Positions 21,475-31,110 of a stretch of DNA of 64,000 nucleotides are shown piece by piece (position 1 is the first letter of the stretch; every line of letters starts with the position of its first letter). A program made the translations under genes and the position numbers. The notes below the pieces were generated by a model. That model was given only the letters and a program-made list of their open reading frames with translations, was not told where the DNA came from and ran no database searches. Source of the DNA: an uncultured Rivularia sp. (GTDB taxonomy: Bacteria > Cyanobacteriota > Cyanobacteriia > Cyanobacteriales > Nostocaceae); assembly GCA_963665115.1 (NCBI GenBank), contig OY762007.1, positions 2,432,001-2,496,000 on the forward strand, read 5' to 3'.

Positions 21475-23616
21475 ATGGCTCAAACAATCGGAAAACCTTT
21501 AAATCGCGTTGACGGTAATCTTAAAGTTACTGGTGACGCACATTATTCGGCTGAATTTTCTCAAGAAAAACTGGCTTATGCTGTTGCTATTCCTAGTACT
21601 ATAGCAAGGGGAAAAATTACAAGTATTGATACGAGTGCGGCAGAAAATTTATCAGGTGTTGTAAGTGTAATAACTCATGAAAATGCCCCAAAACTACAGC
21701 CTCTGAAAACTTTTATGGAAGGTGGAGCTGCGGCAGAAAAACGCTTACCTTTACAAGATAATTCTGTTTATTACAGCGGCGAACATATTGGTTTAGTAAT
21801 AGCAGATACCTTAGAACAAGCGACTTATGCTGCTTCTTTGGTGCGATTTACCTATGAAGAAGAAACTCCAATTATAGAGATGCTTCTTGAGCGAAAACAA
21901 GAAATTGAACCGTCAACTGTAATGGGGAAACCGCCGAAAGTTGTTAGAGGTAATCCTGAAGATGCTTTTAATTCTGCGGATGTTAAAATTTCGGAGATTT
22001 ATACAACACCTACCGAACACCATAATCCCATAGAACCTTCTGCAACAACTGCTATATGGGAAAACGATACATTAACAGTTTATACTTCCACGCAAAATAC
22101 TTACGGAACAAAAAAAGCTTTAGCAACTAGTTTACAAATCCCGGAAGAAAACGTGCGGGTAGTTTGTCAGTTTATCGGTGGTGCATTCGGTTGCAAAGGT
22201 ACTTTTTGGTCGCACATGATATTACCAGTAATTGCAACTCGTCATGTCAATCGTCCGGTAAAGTTTGTTTTAACCCGCGAAGATATGTTTAACGTTGTCG
22301 GGCATCGTGCCGAAACCGAACAAACTGTTAAATTAGGGGCAACTAAGGAAGGTAAGTTAACGGCAATCATTCACGATGGTATTTCCCATACTTCGATGTT
22401 TGATGAGTTCGCCGAACCTTTCACCATTGCAACTCATATGCTCTACGCTTGCGATAATTTACAGGCATCTCAACGGTTGATACGTTTGAATAAAGGTACT
22501 CCTACATTCATGCGTGCCCCTGGGGAGGCTTCGGGGGTTTTTGCACTAGAAGCGGCAATGGATGAACTTGCTTATGCTTTAAAAATTGACCCTATAGAAT
22601 TAAGATTAATCAATTACGCCGATACCGATCCTGACGAAAATTTACCTTGGTCGAGTAAGTCTCTGAAAGAATGTTACCAAATCGGTGCGGAGAAATTTGG
22701 CTGGTCGAAACGCAATCCCGAAATCGGCTCGATGCGCGACGGTCATTATTTAATTGGTATGGGTATGGCAACGGCAACTTACCCAGTCTTGACCTCACCT
22801 GCTTCCGCTAAAGCCAAAATGCTTTCGGATGGTAGCGTGCTGGTACAAAGCAGCACTCACGAGATGGGTGGTGGTACGGCTACCGTGATGGCGCAACTGA
22901 TCGCCGATACTTTAAATTTGCCCTTTGAAAAAGTCTGCTTTGAATATGGAGATACCAAATTACCCTATGCCCCCGTCAGCGGTGGTTCGATGACAGTAAG
23001 CAGCGTTGGGAGTGCGGTACATGGTGCTGTCAAAGGATTGCAAGCAAAGGTTTTAGAACTTGGGGGAGTAAGCCAAAGCGACTCCCTAACAATTGAAGAT
23101 TACGCAAGTATATTGAGGAAAAAGAACAAAGAACAAATCGAAGTTGAATACGATGCTAAATTTGACCAAGATAAAAAATATTCAAAACACGCTTTTGGCG
23201 CTCAATTTGTCGAAGTGCGGATAGATCCAGATTTTGGCGAGGTGCGGATTAACCGTTATACGGGAGCCTTCGCTTGCGGAAAAATATTAAATCATAAAAC
23301 AGCGCGATCGCAATTCATGGGCGGTATCATCATGGGTATCGGCATGGCGTTGATGGAAGAAACCGTAGTCGATCCAAATTTAGGAAGAGTAATGAATGCA
23401 AACCTTGGTGAATATCACGTTCCAGTAAACGCCGATATTCCCGATATTGACATAGAAATGGTTGAAGAAATTGATAACCATGTCAATCCAATTGGCACAA
23501 AAGGTATTGGTGAAGTTGGCATTACAGGAGTAGCTGCTGCGGTAGCAAATGCCGTTTATCATGCGACAGGTAAACGGATTCGCAATTTACCAATTACCCC
23601 CGATAAAGTGATGTAA
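21475..23616 (+). CDS. paoC: Xanthine dehydrogenase family molybdopterin-binding subunit
   Basis: RVDGNLKVTG, HHNPIEP, IGGAFGCKG, MRAPGE, GGSMT, KGIGEVG, KRIRNLPITPDK. Confidence 0.93.
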   Translation: MAQTIGKPLNRVDGNLKVTGDAHYSAEFSQEKLAYAVAIPSTIARGKITSIDTSAAENLSGVVSVITHENAPKLQPLKTFMEGGAAAEKRLPLQDNSVYYSGEHIGLVIADTLEQATYAASLVRFTYEEETPIIEMLLERKQEIEPSTVMGKPPKVVRGNPEDAFNSADVKISEIYTTPTEHHNPIEPSATTAIWENDTLTVYTSTQNTYGTKKALATSLQIPEENVRVVCQFIGGAFGCKGTFWSHMILPVIATRHVNRPVKFVLTREDMFNVVGHRAETEQTVKLGATKEGKLTAIIHDGISHTSMFDEFAEPFTIATHMLYACDNLQASQRLIRLNKGTPTFMRAPGEASGVFALEAAMDELAYALKIDPIELRLINYADTDPDENLPWSSKSLKECYQIGAEKFGWSKRNPEIGSMRDGHYLIGMGMATATYPVLTSPASAKAKMLSDGSVLVQSSTHEMGGGTATVMAQLIADTLNLPFEKVCFEYGDTKLPYAPVSGGSMTVSSVGSAVHGAVKGLQAKVLELGGVSQSDSLTIEDYASILRKKNKEQIEVEYDAKFDQDKKYSKHAFGAQFVEVRIDPDFGEVRINRYTGAFACGKILNHKTARSQFMGGIIMGIGMALMEETVVDPNLGRVMNANLGEYHVPVNADIPDIDIEMVEEIDNHVNPIGTKGIGEVGITGVAAAVANAVYHATGKRIRNLPITPDKVM

Positions 23617-23627
23617 GCAAATAATGG

Positions 23628-23654
23628 TGTAGAGACGTAGCAGTGCTACGTCTC
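23628..23654 (+). repeat. REP-like palindrome GTAGAGACGTAGCAGTGCTACGTCTC
   Basis: Near-identical copy at ~42500-42525; inverted degenerate copy at ~13520-13543. Confidence 0.7.
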
Positions 23655-23755
23655 CCTAAATTTCGATTAGCAACGAGAATTTATGAATTAAAGAACCTTA
23701 CTAGACGCAGAGTACGCAGAGGAAAGAAGTAGAGAGAGATAATTAAGAAGTCATA

Positions 23756-24862
23756 ATGAAAGAATTAAAAAATATAATTTCAGCTATAGAAAATTTAAAA
23801 GAAACTAATAAAACAGCAATAGCAACATTAGTAAAAGTCAGCGGTTCGACTTACAGAAGTCCCGGTGCGAGAATGCTAATAAGCACCGACGGCAATAGTA
23901 TTGGTTCAATTAGCGGCGGTTGTTTAGAAAGTGATGTTTTTGAAAAAGCACAAGCTGTAATTAAATCTGGAAATCCCCGCCTTATCAAGTACGATACCAC
24001 CTCAGAAGAAGATATGATTTGGGGTTTAGGGCTTGGCTGTCAGGGTATTGCTTATGTTTTAATCGAAGCCTTACAAGAGAATAAATTACAGGAAATTAGT
24101 TTTATTAAAAAATGTCTTGAAACTCGAACTTATGGGGCGATCGCCACGGTAATTTTAGTTGAAGGTGATAGTCAAACCCATGTCGGACAGCGTTTATTAT
24201 TAGGTGATGATACTATTATTAATAATTTAACAGACGACAATTTGTTAACAGAAGTTTTAAGCGATACTAAAGCAGCATTGCAAAATAATCAATCTATTTT
24301 AAAAGAATATAATTTAACAAATGGAAAAATAGAAGTTTTTATCGAAGTAATTCAACCACCTTTATCTTTAATTGTATTTGGTGCCGGTTACGATGTTTTA
24401 CCATTAGTAAACTTTAGCAAGCAACTAGGTTGGGATGTAACTGTAGTAGACAACCGTCAAAGAGAAGCCAGTAAAAAGCGATTTGAACAAGCAGATAAAA
24501 TACAGCTTTCCTCCCCCGAAGATATTTTAGAAAATATTGAAATTACAGAGCGTACCGTCGCCGTGGTGATGAGTCATAATTATTTAGATGATTTAGAAAT
24601 GCTCAAAGTATTGTTACCTACTAATTTAAAATATTTAGGAATACTTGGGCCGAAAAAAAGAACAAATCGCATATTAGAAGAATTACAAGAGGAAGAAGTT
24701 ACACCAAATGCTAATATTTATAGTCCCGTTGGATTAGATATAGGAGCAGACAACGCCGAAGAAATTGCACTTTCGATAGTTTCTGAAATTCAAACAGTTA
24801 TATCTCAACGTCAGGGAGGATTTTTAAAAAATCGCAACGCTCCAATTCATGCTAAAGATTGA
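23756..24862 (+). CDS. xdhC: XdhC/CoxI family Moco maturation factor
   Basis: GSTYRSPGARM, GSISGGCLE, GLGLGCQG, VFGAGYD, MSHNY, SPVGLDIGA..EEIALSI. Confidence 0.92.
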   Translation: MKELKNIISAIENLKETNKTAIATLVKVSGSTYRSPGARMLISTDGNSIGSISGGCLESDVFEKAQAVIKSGNPRLIKYDTTSEEDMIWGLGLGCQGIAYVLIEALQENKLQEISFIKKCLETRTYGAIATVILVEGDSQTHVGQRLLLGDDTIINNLTDDNLLTEVLSDTKAALQNNQSILKEYNLTNGKIEVFIEVIQPPLSLIVFGAGYDVLPLVNFSKQLGWDVTVVDNRQREASKKRFEQADKIQLSSPEDILENIEITERTVAVVMSHNYLDDLEMLKVLLPTNLKYLGILGPKKRTNRILEELQEEEVTPNANIYSPVGLDIGADNAEEIALSIVSEIQTVISQRQGGFLKNRNAPIHAKD

Positions 24863-24880
24863 ATAAATTTCCACACCGAA

Positions 24881-24941
24881 ACCTCACCCTCTTTCCCTCT
24901 CCTTAACAAGGAGAGGGATGTCCGTTAGGACAGGGTGAGGT
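24881..24941. repeat. Three-way-junction palindromic repeat
   Basis: ACCTCACCCT/AGGGTGAGGT enclosing TCCCTCTCCTT-AAC-AAGGAGAGGGA and TGTCC-GTTA-GGACA; partial copy at 16845-16883. Confidence 0.7.
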
Positions 24942-24975
24942 AAAACGCTATAGTTGAATTGATAATTGATAACTA

Positions 24976-25569
24976 ATGCTAAACATAGGTTTAATAATCT
25001 TAGCTGCGGGAAAAGCTAGTCGCATGGGAAAACCAAAACAACTGCTAACTTATCAAGGCACTAGTTTGATATCTCATGCCGTAAAGATTGGTTTAAATTC
25101 TATTTGTGAACCTGTATTAGTGGTTTTGGGTGCTTACGCTGAACAAATTAAACCTGAAATAAATAAATTACCCATCAAAATAGTAGAAAATCCACAATGG
25201 GAAACAGGAATGTCTTCTTCAATTCGTGTGGGAATAACTGCAATCAAAGAAAGTAATTCTAAGTTAGATGGAGTAATTATTGCATTAGCAGATCAACCGT
25301 TGATTGATGTAAAAGTTTTTAATAAATTAATTCAAAGCTATCAAGAAACGAGGAATATAATTATTGCTTCTGCTTATGATGGTGTTGTTGGTGTTCCAGC
25401 TTTATTTAATAATATTCTTTTTTCTGAGTTAATCAATTTAGAAGGTGATAAAGGTGCTAAAGCTTTGATGCGGAAATATCGAGATGAAGTGTTGAGTATT
25501 GAGATACCGGAAGCCGCGATTGATATTGATACGGAGGATGATTATGAGAAGTTGTTAATAGGTTCGTAG
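24976..25569 (+). CDS. mocA: Molybdenum cofactor cytidylyltransferase (MocA-like)
   Basis: ILAAGKASRMGKPKQLL, NPQWETGMSSSI, LADQP, GDKGAK, DIDT; operon context. Confidence 0.88.
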   Translation: MLNIGLIILAAGKASRMGKPKQLLTYQGTSLISHAVKIGLNSICEPVLVVLGAYAEQIKPEINKLPIKIVENPQWETGMSSSIRVGITAIKESNSKLDGVIIALADQPLIDVKVFNKLIQSYQETRNIIIASAYDGVVGVPALFNNILFSELINLEGDKGAKALMRKYRDEVLSIEIPEAAIDIDTEDDYEKLLIGS

Positions 25570-25586
25570 TAGCGCTTCAGCGCCTC
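25561..25586 (+). repeat. REP (GGTTC-GTAG-TAGCGCT-TC-AGCGCCTC)
   Basis: GTAG foot plus GCGCT/AGCGC stem; same family as the REPs flanking the RAYT. Confidence 0.85.
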
Positions 25587-25613
25587 TTAATTTATAACAA
25601 AGATAATAGGATT

Positions 25614-26093
25614 ATTACGTAAAACTACGAATGACACAGCGATTCTTTGAGTAAAAGCACGTTGGGTTTATTCGGATGCGCTGAAGCGCTACTATGAGCC
25701 ATTTTTATTAGATTACGTAAAACTACGAATGACACAGCGATTCTTTGAGTAAAAGCACGTTGGGTTTATTCGGATGCGCTGAAGCGCTACTACGAGCCAT
25801 TTTTATTAGATTACGAAAAACAGCGATTCTTTGAATAAAAGCACGTTGGGTTTATTCGGATGCGCTGAAGCGCTACTACAAGCCATTTTTATTAGATTAC
25901 GTAAAACAGCGATTCTTTGAGTAAAAGCACGTTGGGTTTATTCGGATGCGCTGAAGCGCTACTATGAGCCATTTTTATTAGATTAAGAAAAACAGCGATT
26001 CTTTGAATAAAAGCACGTTGGGTTTATTCGGATGCGCTGAAGCGCTACTACAAGCCATTTTTATTAGATTACGAAAAACTACGAATGACGCAG
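25614..26093 (-). repeat. BIME-like tandem array: 5 units (98,98,86,86,86 bp) plus partial sixth, one reverse REP per unit
   Basis: Unit starts 25614, 25712, 25810, 25896, 25982, 26068; each full unit has GATGCGCTGAAGCGCTACTAYRAGCC. Confidence 0.93.
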
Positions 26094-26124
26094 CACGAAT
26101 TCATCTGTTACCAAATAAATGATC

Positions 26125-26150
26125 GGTTCGTAGTAGCGCTTTAGCGCTCT
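26125..26150 (+). repeat. REP immediately 5' of RAYT
   Basis: GGTTCGTAGTAGCGCTTTAGCGCTCT. Confidence 0.85.
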
Positions 26151-26159
26151 TTAAAAATA

Positions 26160-26753
26160 GTGTATGAATATCGCAAACTCACTCCTGAACAAAAAGCAGC
26201 TATCGTAGAAGAAAGACTAAAAAAAGGGTTTCCTCCACATTCACCTCCTCATCCTATTAAAAATAGCGAGTATTACTTAATTACAGCTACTTGTTACGAA
26301 CATAAAGATCGAATAAATACATATCAAAGACGACAACAATTATTAAATTTAATTTTTGAACGGTTTATATACACAGATATCGATATACTCGCTTGGATTA
26401 TTTTGCCAAATCATTACCATTTGTTACTAAAAAACATCAGATTCTATTATCTTAGAAAGATGTTACGTTCAATTCATGGAAATCTTGCTCGTCAATGGAA
26501 TAAAGAAGATAATATGACTGGCAAAGTTTGGTGTTCTTTTAGCGACCGTGCTATACGTTCTGAACGCCATTATTATACTACTTTAAATTACATTCATTAC
26601 AACCCAGTAAAACATTATTGGGTAGAATCTCCTTATGATTGGAGCGAAAGCAGTGTTTATTGGTATTTAGAAAATTACGGAAGAGAATGGTTGCGAAGTA
26701 ATTGGGTTGAATATCCTGTACGCGACTTTGGTAAAAATTGGGATGATTTATAG
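26160..26753 (+). CDS. REP-associated tyrosine transposase (RAYT/TnpA-REP, HUH Y1)
   Basis: YYLITATC, AWIILPNHYHLLL (HUH), VW..F.DRAIRSE, YIHYNPVKH, W..SS; flanked by inverted REPs. Confidence 0.92.
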   Translation: MYEYRKLTPEQKAAIVEERLKKGFPPHSPPHPIKNSEYYLITATCYEHKDRINTYQRRQQLLNLIFERFIYTDIDILAWIILPNHYHLLLKNIRFYYLRKMLRSIHGNLARQWNKEDNMTGKVWCSFSDRAIRSERHYYTTLNYIHYNPVKHYWVESPYDWSESSVYWYLENYGREWLRSNWVEYPVRDFGKNWDDL

Positions 26754-26777
26754 TAGGATGAACTAACTCGGAATTAA

Positions 26778-26803
26778 GAGGCGCTTCAGCGCTACTACTA
26801 ACC
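26778..26803 (-). repeat. REP immediately 3' of RAYT (inverted)
   Basis: GAGGCGCTTCAGCGCTACTACTAACC. Confidence 0.85.
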
Positions 26804-26816
26804 ATTAAAAAGCTTT

Positions 26817-27888
26817 ATGTCTCAACTAGAATATTTTTTATTAACTCGCGTTTTACTTCACTTCGAGCAAGAATCTAGCGATATTATCAGCGATATTTCA
26901 TCTGCGACTTTTAGTGATGATGGTAGCTTATGGATTGGTTCTGATGAAATGGTTGGGGTTGAACGTCTTTCTCCTATCGGTTGTCATAGTTATGGCGAGC
27001 ATAAACGCTTTTTGTTAAAGGATTATATAGAGCTATTTGATGATGACGAAATTGATATTGAAGGTATGGATTTTAGGGATGGTTATCTGTGGTTGACTGG
27101 TTCTCATAGTACTAAGCGAAAAAAACCTAAAGGAAAAGATTTAGAAACCGATTTAGAAAGACTTGCGACTATTACTACCGATTTGAACCGTTTTATTTTG
27201 GCGAGAATTCCGGTTATTAATGGTGAATTGGTTAAATCTTGCGTTCCTGTGGAAGGAGAAACCAAAACCGCTGCTTGTTTGCAGACAATTGATGAGCGTA
27301 ATGTGTTATTTGAGGTGCTGAAAGAAGACGTACATTTGAAACCTTTTATTACTAGTGGAATCCCTTCTAAAGATAATGGTTTGGATATCGAAGGTTTAGT
27401 TATAGGAAGTAATAACCGCCTTTTTCTAGGTTTACGCGGCCCCTGTTTTGCGGGGGTGGGCTGTAATTATTGAAATACAGTTAACGGAATCGGAACCTGG
27501 TGTTCTGACGTTGGAAGAGATAACCGATGAAGGTGCAAAATACAAAAAGCATTTTCTCGATCTGAATGGTTTGGGAATACGGGAATTATGTTTGCAAGGG
27601 GAAGATTTAATCATTTTAGCAGGGCCGACGATGGCTTTAGAAGGAGAAATGGAAGTTTTTCGCTGGAAAGATGTTTTAAATCATTCTGGTAATAATATCC
27701 ACCACCAAGATGATAGTTTGTTTCCTTTATTTGATTTACCTTTTACTGTAGGTTCCGATCATGCTGAAGGTTTGGCGCTGTATTCTTGTTGGGGAGAACA
27801 AAATAGCTTGATGATATTTTACGATTCTCCAAATAGTAACCGCTTGCGAGCAGACAAAAAAATACTGGTTGATGTATTTCAAATTTAG
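26817..27888 (+). CDS. DUF3616 domain protein (+1 C at ~27441, probable error)
   Basis: EIDIEG, WLTGSHSTKRK, PSKDNGLDIEGL, LGLRGP then VLRGWA after correction, HFLDLNGLGIREL, LAGPTM, DHAEG. Confidence 0.8.
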
Positions 27889-27970
27889 CTGTCCCATATT
27901 TAGATAAAAACTAGGTCAAAACCACCGTATAATTATTTTTACTTATAGCTTGAGTCAGGAGAGTAAAGCC

Positions 27971-28282
27971 ATGCCAATGGCAGTAGGAGTAATTGAAACA
28001 CTAAGTTTTCCTGCAATACTTATAGCCTCGGATACGATGGTTAAGGCTGCCGCAGTTTCAATAGTTTTTTACGATAAGTCGGAAAGCGGACGCTTTTTTG
28101 TGGCTGTCAGGGGAAGAGTTTCTGAAGTGACGCGAGCTGTGGAAGCGGGGATTGAAGTTGTTGAAAAAGAATCTCATGGGGGTAAAGTAATGGAATATTA
28201 CATCGTCCCCAATCCTCCAGAGAATGTGGAAAGCGTTTTACCAATCCACTTTACTTCAAAATCAGAACCTTTCCGTATGTAG
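27971..28282 (+). CDS. ccmK3: Carboxysome shell protein CcmK3
   Basis: BMC domain MPMAVGVIET..DTMVKAA...VPNPPENVESVLPI; AGGAG RBS; tandem with ccmK4. Confidence 0.85.
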   Translation: MPMAVGVIETLSFPAILIASDTMVKAAAVSIVFYDKSESGRFFVAVRGRVSEVTRAVEAGIEVVEKESHGGKVMEYYIVPNPPENVESVLPIHFTSKSEPFRM

Positions 28283-28353
28283 TTCGCGATTGGTCGATTT
28301 CTGAGATGATAAACAATATATCGGTAGCTATTAATTAATATTGGAGATAATAA

Positions 28354-28704
28354 ATGTCAACACAGGCAGTTGGTGCTTTAGAAACTAAAGGTTTTCCGGC
28401 TGTATTAGCAGCAGCTGATGCAATGGTAAAAGCTGGTAGAGTTACGCTGGTTGGCTATATCAGAGTTGGTAGCGCTCGGTTTACAGTTAATATTCGCGGT
28501 GATGTTTCGGAAGTTAAAGCCGCTATGGCTGCTGGTGTTGAAGCCGCAGAAAGCTGTTATGGCGGAACCCTCGAATCTTGGGTAATTATTCCTCGTCCCC
28601 ATGAAAACGTTGAAGCTGTTTTACCGATTGGTTATTCCGAAGATGTTGAAGAATATCGACTCTCTGTAGAAAATCCAATTATAGGTAGATCAAACCGTCT
28701 TTAA
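28354..28704 (+). CDS. ccmK4: Carboxysome shell protein CcmK4
   Basis: [26 protein letters not shown]...RGDVSEV...[15 protein letters not shown]. Confidence 0.88.
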   Translation: MSTQAVGALETKGFPAVLAAADAMVKAGRVTLVGYIRVGSARFTVNIRGDVSEVKAAMAAGVEAAESCYGGTLESWVIIPRPHENVEAVLPIGYSEDVEEYRLSVENPIIGRSNRL

Positions 28705-29736
28705 TTAATTTAATTTAATTGAATTTAAAAGGTTTTGGGCAGTATTGAGCTAACAGGGTTATTACCTTAAACTCTTATATTACGCGCCCAATAGCCCGTT
28801 TTTAAATAAGTATTTTATTTGTTGAATAAACCGTGTTACCAAAGCCCTTCGGGCTTAAGTAAGAAGTAAGAAGTAAAAAGTAATAAATATTGCCCGAAGT
28901 ATGGTATAAGGTCTCGTCTTTTAAAGACGAATAAAAACGAAATTCATTACTTGAATTCTCTACCCTTTAGGGAGAGGTGTTACTTATTACTTTTTACTTA
29001 CTAATTATTACTTGTGAAAAATAGTACCCGTTTGGGTACTTCCTTATTTTTAGTATTTTTTTCAGAATAAGATTAGATCCGCTTGCAGATGTTCCCATTA
29101 AGAGAGGGCTAATGTAAGCCAAATAGGAACAAAACTATGAATAACTATAGATAATGTCCTAAACTTCGGATTATATAAGTTAATTTATCTTATTTACTTG
29201 CGGTTTAATTTGTTATCGCATAAGTTTTACCGATAATTGTAATCTGAAAACGTTTGCGAAATAATACTAGCTTATATTAACTATGATGATATACAAACGA
29301 ACTTCCGAGAATAATCAAGTATCTGTCAAAAGAAATACTAATTTACTTAGACATTTTAGAGGTGAAACTAATATGTATAAAGTAACGTCTCGTTTAATGT
29401 AAATTCTATTGCTTACGTTTAAAAATAGTCTTATGTTATTAGCTTTAATATTCACTTAGCTGGTAATCTGTAAATCTGTCTTAAGACATATATAGAGAAT
29501 TTAACTGGAAATAAAAGATTTTCCTTGACAAAAATTAACAGTCTTCTAAAACCAAGGAAAATAGCTTAAAAGCGCAATTAAATTACTTATTATATTGATT
29601 GGTTTTTGAGTTGACGGGTAGATTCTGCATAACTTGACTTGAAACAGGCGTATTAAAAATAGAATCAATAAACGTTTTTTTTTGGATATTTTAGTCCGAT
29701 GGAACGACAAATAGTTAAATACACCAATTGTGATAA

Positions 29737-30924
29737 GTGGGGGTTGTGATGCAAACTTTAAAGCAGGGTTTTGAGGAGCGCAATCTCAATATGACATCAT
29801 CTGAAGCGGAAAAACTGAAAGAATATTGGCACAATCGTTTGGCAGAAGAATGTTCGCAACATAGCGAAGCAATAAGAGAAAGTGTAGCTAAGTGGCTGAT
29901 AGGAAGCGATAAAAAACGGTTTGACAATCTCAATGTCAAGGAATTAAAGATTGCCAAGCAAGCGATGGAATATCGCTATCGGATTTTGTGTCAGCGCTAC
30001 TTGGGGATTGGTAGGGAGCGTGCTTATCGTAACTTAATTACTCGTTTGGGAAGCCTAGCGACATTACGTAGCAAAATTCAAACTTGGATTTCCTTGAGTC
30101 GCGATCGCCAACGTAAGGTATTGGATGTATTGCAAGAGATACTCCAAGAATTGTTGCAGAGCGATAAGTATATGGTTTCTCAGATGGCTTGTATTTCTGA
30201 GTTTACTCAAGATAGTAGATTGAGAAATGCTTTAGTGTTTGCCAGCTTAGAAGAGTATTGTATGCGGCCAATACGCAATCAGCCATTGCTGGTATATCGT
30301 TTTGTCAACTATTTGAAGAGAACCCAACGCGGTGGCTTAACTCAGGTACCTACTAAAGATATGGTGCGGTTGGTTTCTGAAGAAGTGCTGGGTGAAGATG
30401 GGGAAAATCGCATCAGCTTGGTAGATCAAAATGCCATAGAAGATTATCAAGAAGAGGAGAAAAGCCAAGAGCAAGAATTACAGCGTCACTTGGTAAAAGA
30501 AGAATTTGAGGAATATCTCAAAGAAAATTTGGGAGAAGATGCCACCATTTGGCTGCAACTGTATCTTAAAGGCTTTACCCAAGATGCGATCGCCAAAAAA
30601 TTAGGTAAACCGATTAAAGAGATTTATCGGTTGCGAGAGAAAATTGGCTATCATGCAGTACGGGTTTTTGCACTCAAGGATAAACCGGAGCTAGTCTCAA
30701 ATTGGCTGGAAACTTCTTTGCTAGAGCATAATTTGGGGCTGACACTCCAACAATGGGAAGAATTGCAAGAAAAATTATCACCCGTGCAAAAGCAAATTTT
30801 AGAGATGTCCAAAATGGGTAAAACTATAGAAGAAATTGCCCAAAATCTCAAACGTAAAACTCATCAGGTGATGGGAGAGTGGACAAAAGTATATTTAGCG
30901 GCTCAAGCTGTACGCAGTGAGTAA
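29737..30924 (+). CDS. HetZ-related protein (sigma-like HTH regulator); ATG 29749 possible start
   Basis: YRYRILCQRY, SRDRQR, IRNQPLLVYRFVNY, QRGGLTQVP, two C-terminal HTH-like segments. Confidence 0.75.
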   Translation: MGVVMQTLKQGFEERNLNMTSSEAEKLKEYWHNRLAEECSQHSEAIRESVAKWLIGSDKKRFDNLNVKELKIAKQAMEYRYRILCQRYLGIGRERAYRNLITRLGSLATLRSKIQTWISLSRDRQRKVLDVLQEILQELLQSDKYMVSQMACISEFTQDSRLRNALVFASLEEYCMRPIRNQPLLVYRFVNYLKRTQRGGLTQVPTKDMVRLVSEEVLGEDGENRISLVDQNAIEDYQEEEKSQEQELQRHLVKEEFEEYLKENLGEDATIWLQLYLKGFTQDAIAKKLGKPIKEIYRLREKIGYHAVRVFALKDKPELVSNWLETSLLEHNLGLTLQQWEELQEKLSPVQKQILEMSKMGKTIEEIAQNLKRKTHQVMGEWTKVYLAAQAVRSE

Positions 30925-31110
30925 GCGTTGGCAAAGACATTACAGTCTCCCTTCGCCTGCTCAAGCCCTGCCAATGCAAGTCTTTACCCAGGTTTAAGAC
31001 TAAGTTCAGTAAATAATATAACTTGTATTTACTGAAAAGTATTTGTAAATATAGTGTCAAATCACCAATAGAGCGAATACGATGGAGTAAAATACTTATC
31101 AATTTGACCT

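Noticed and set aside
25614..26093. Possible CRISPR array
   Set aside because: Whole 86-98 bp units are near-identical with no unique spacers, and there are no cas genes; it is a REP tandem array.
26160..26753. IS200/IS605 TnpA with TnpB cargo
   Set aside because: No tnpB; the motifs and inverted REP flanks fit a RAYT.
27971..28704. Novel microcompartment locus
   Set aside because: This is the well-known satellite ccmK3-ccmK4 pair of beta-cyanobacteria.
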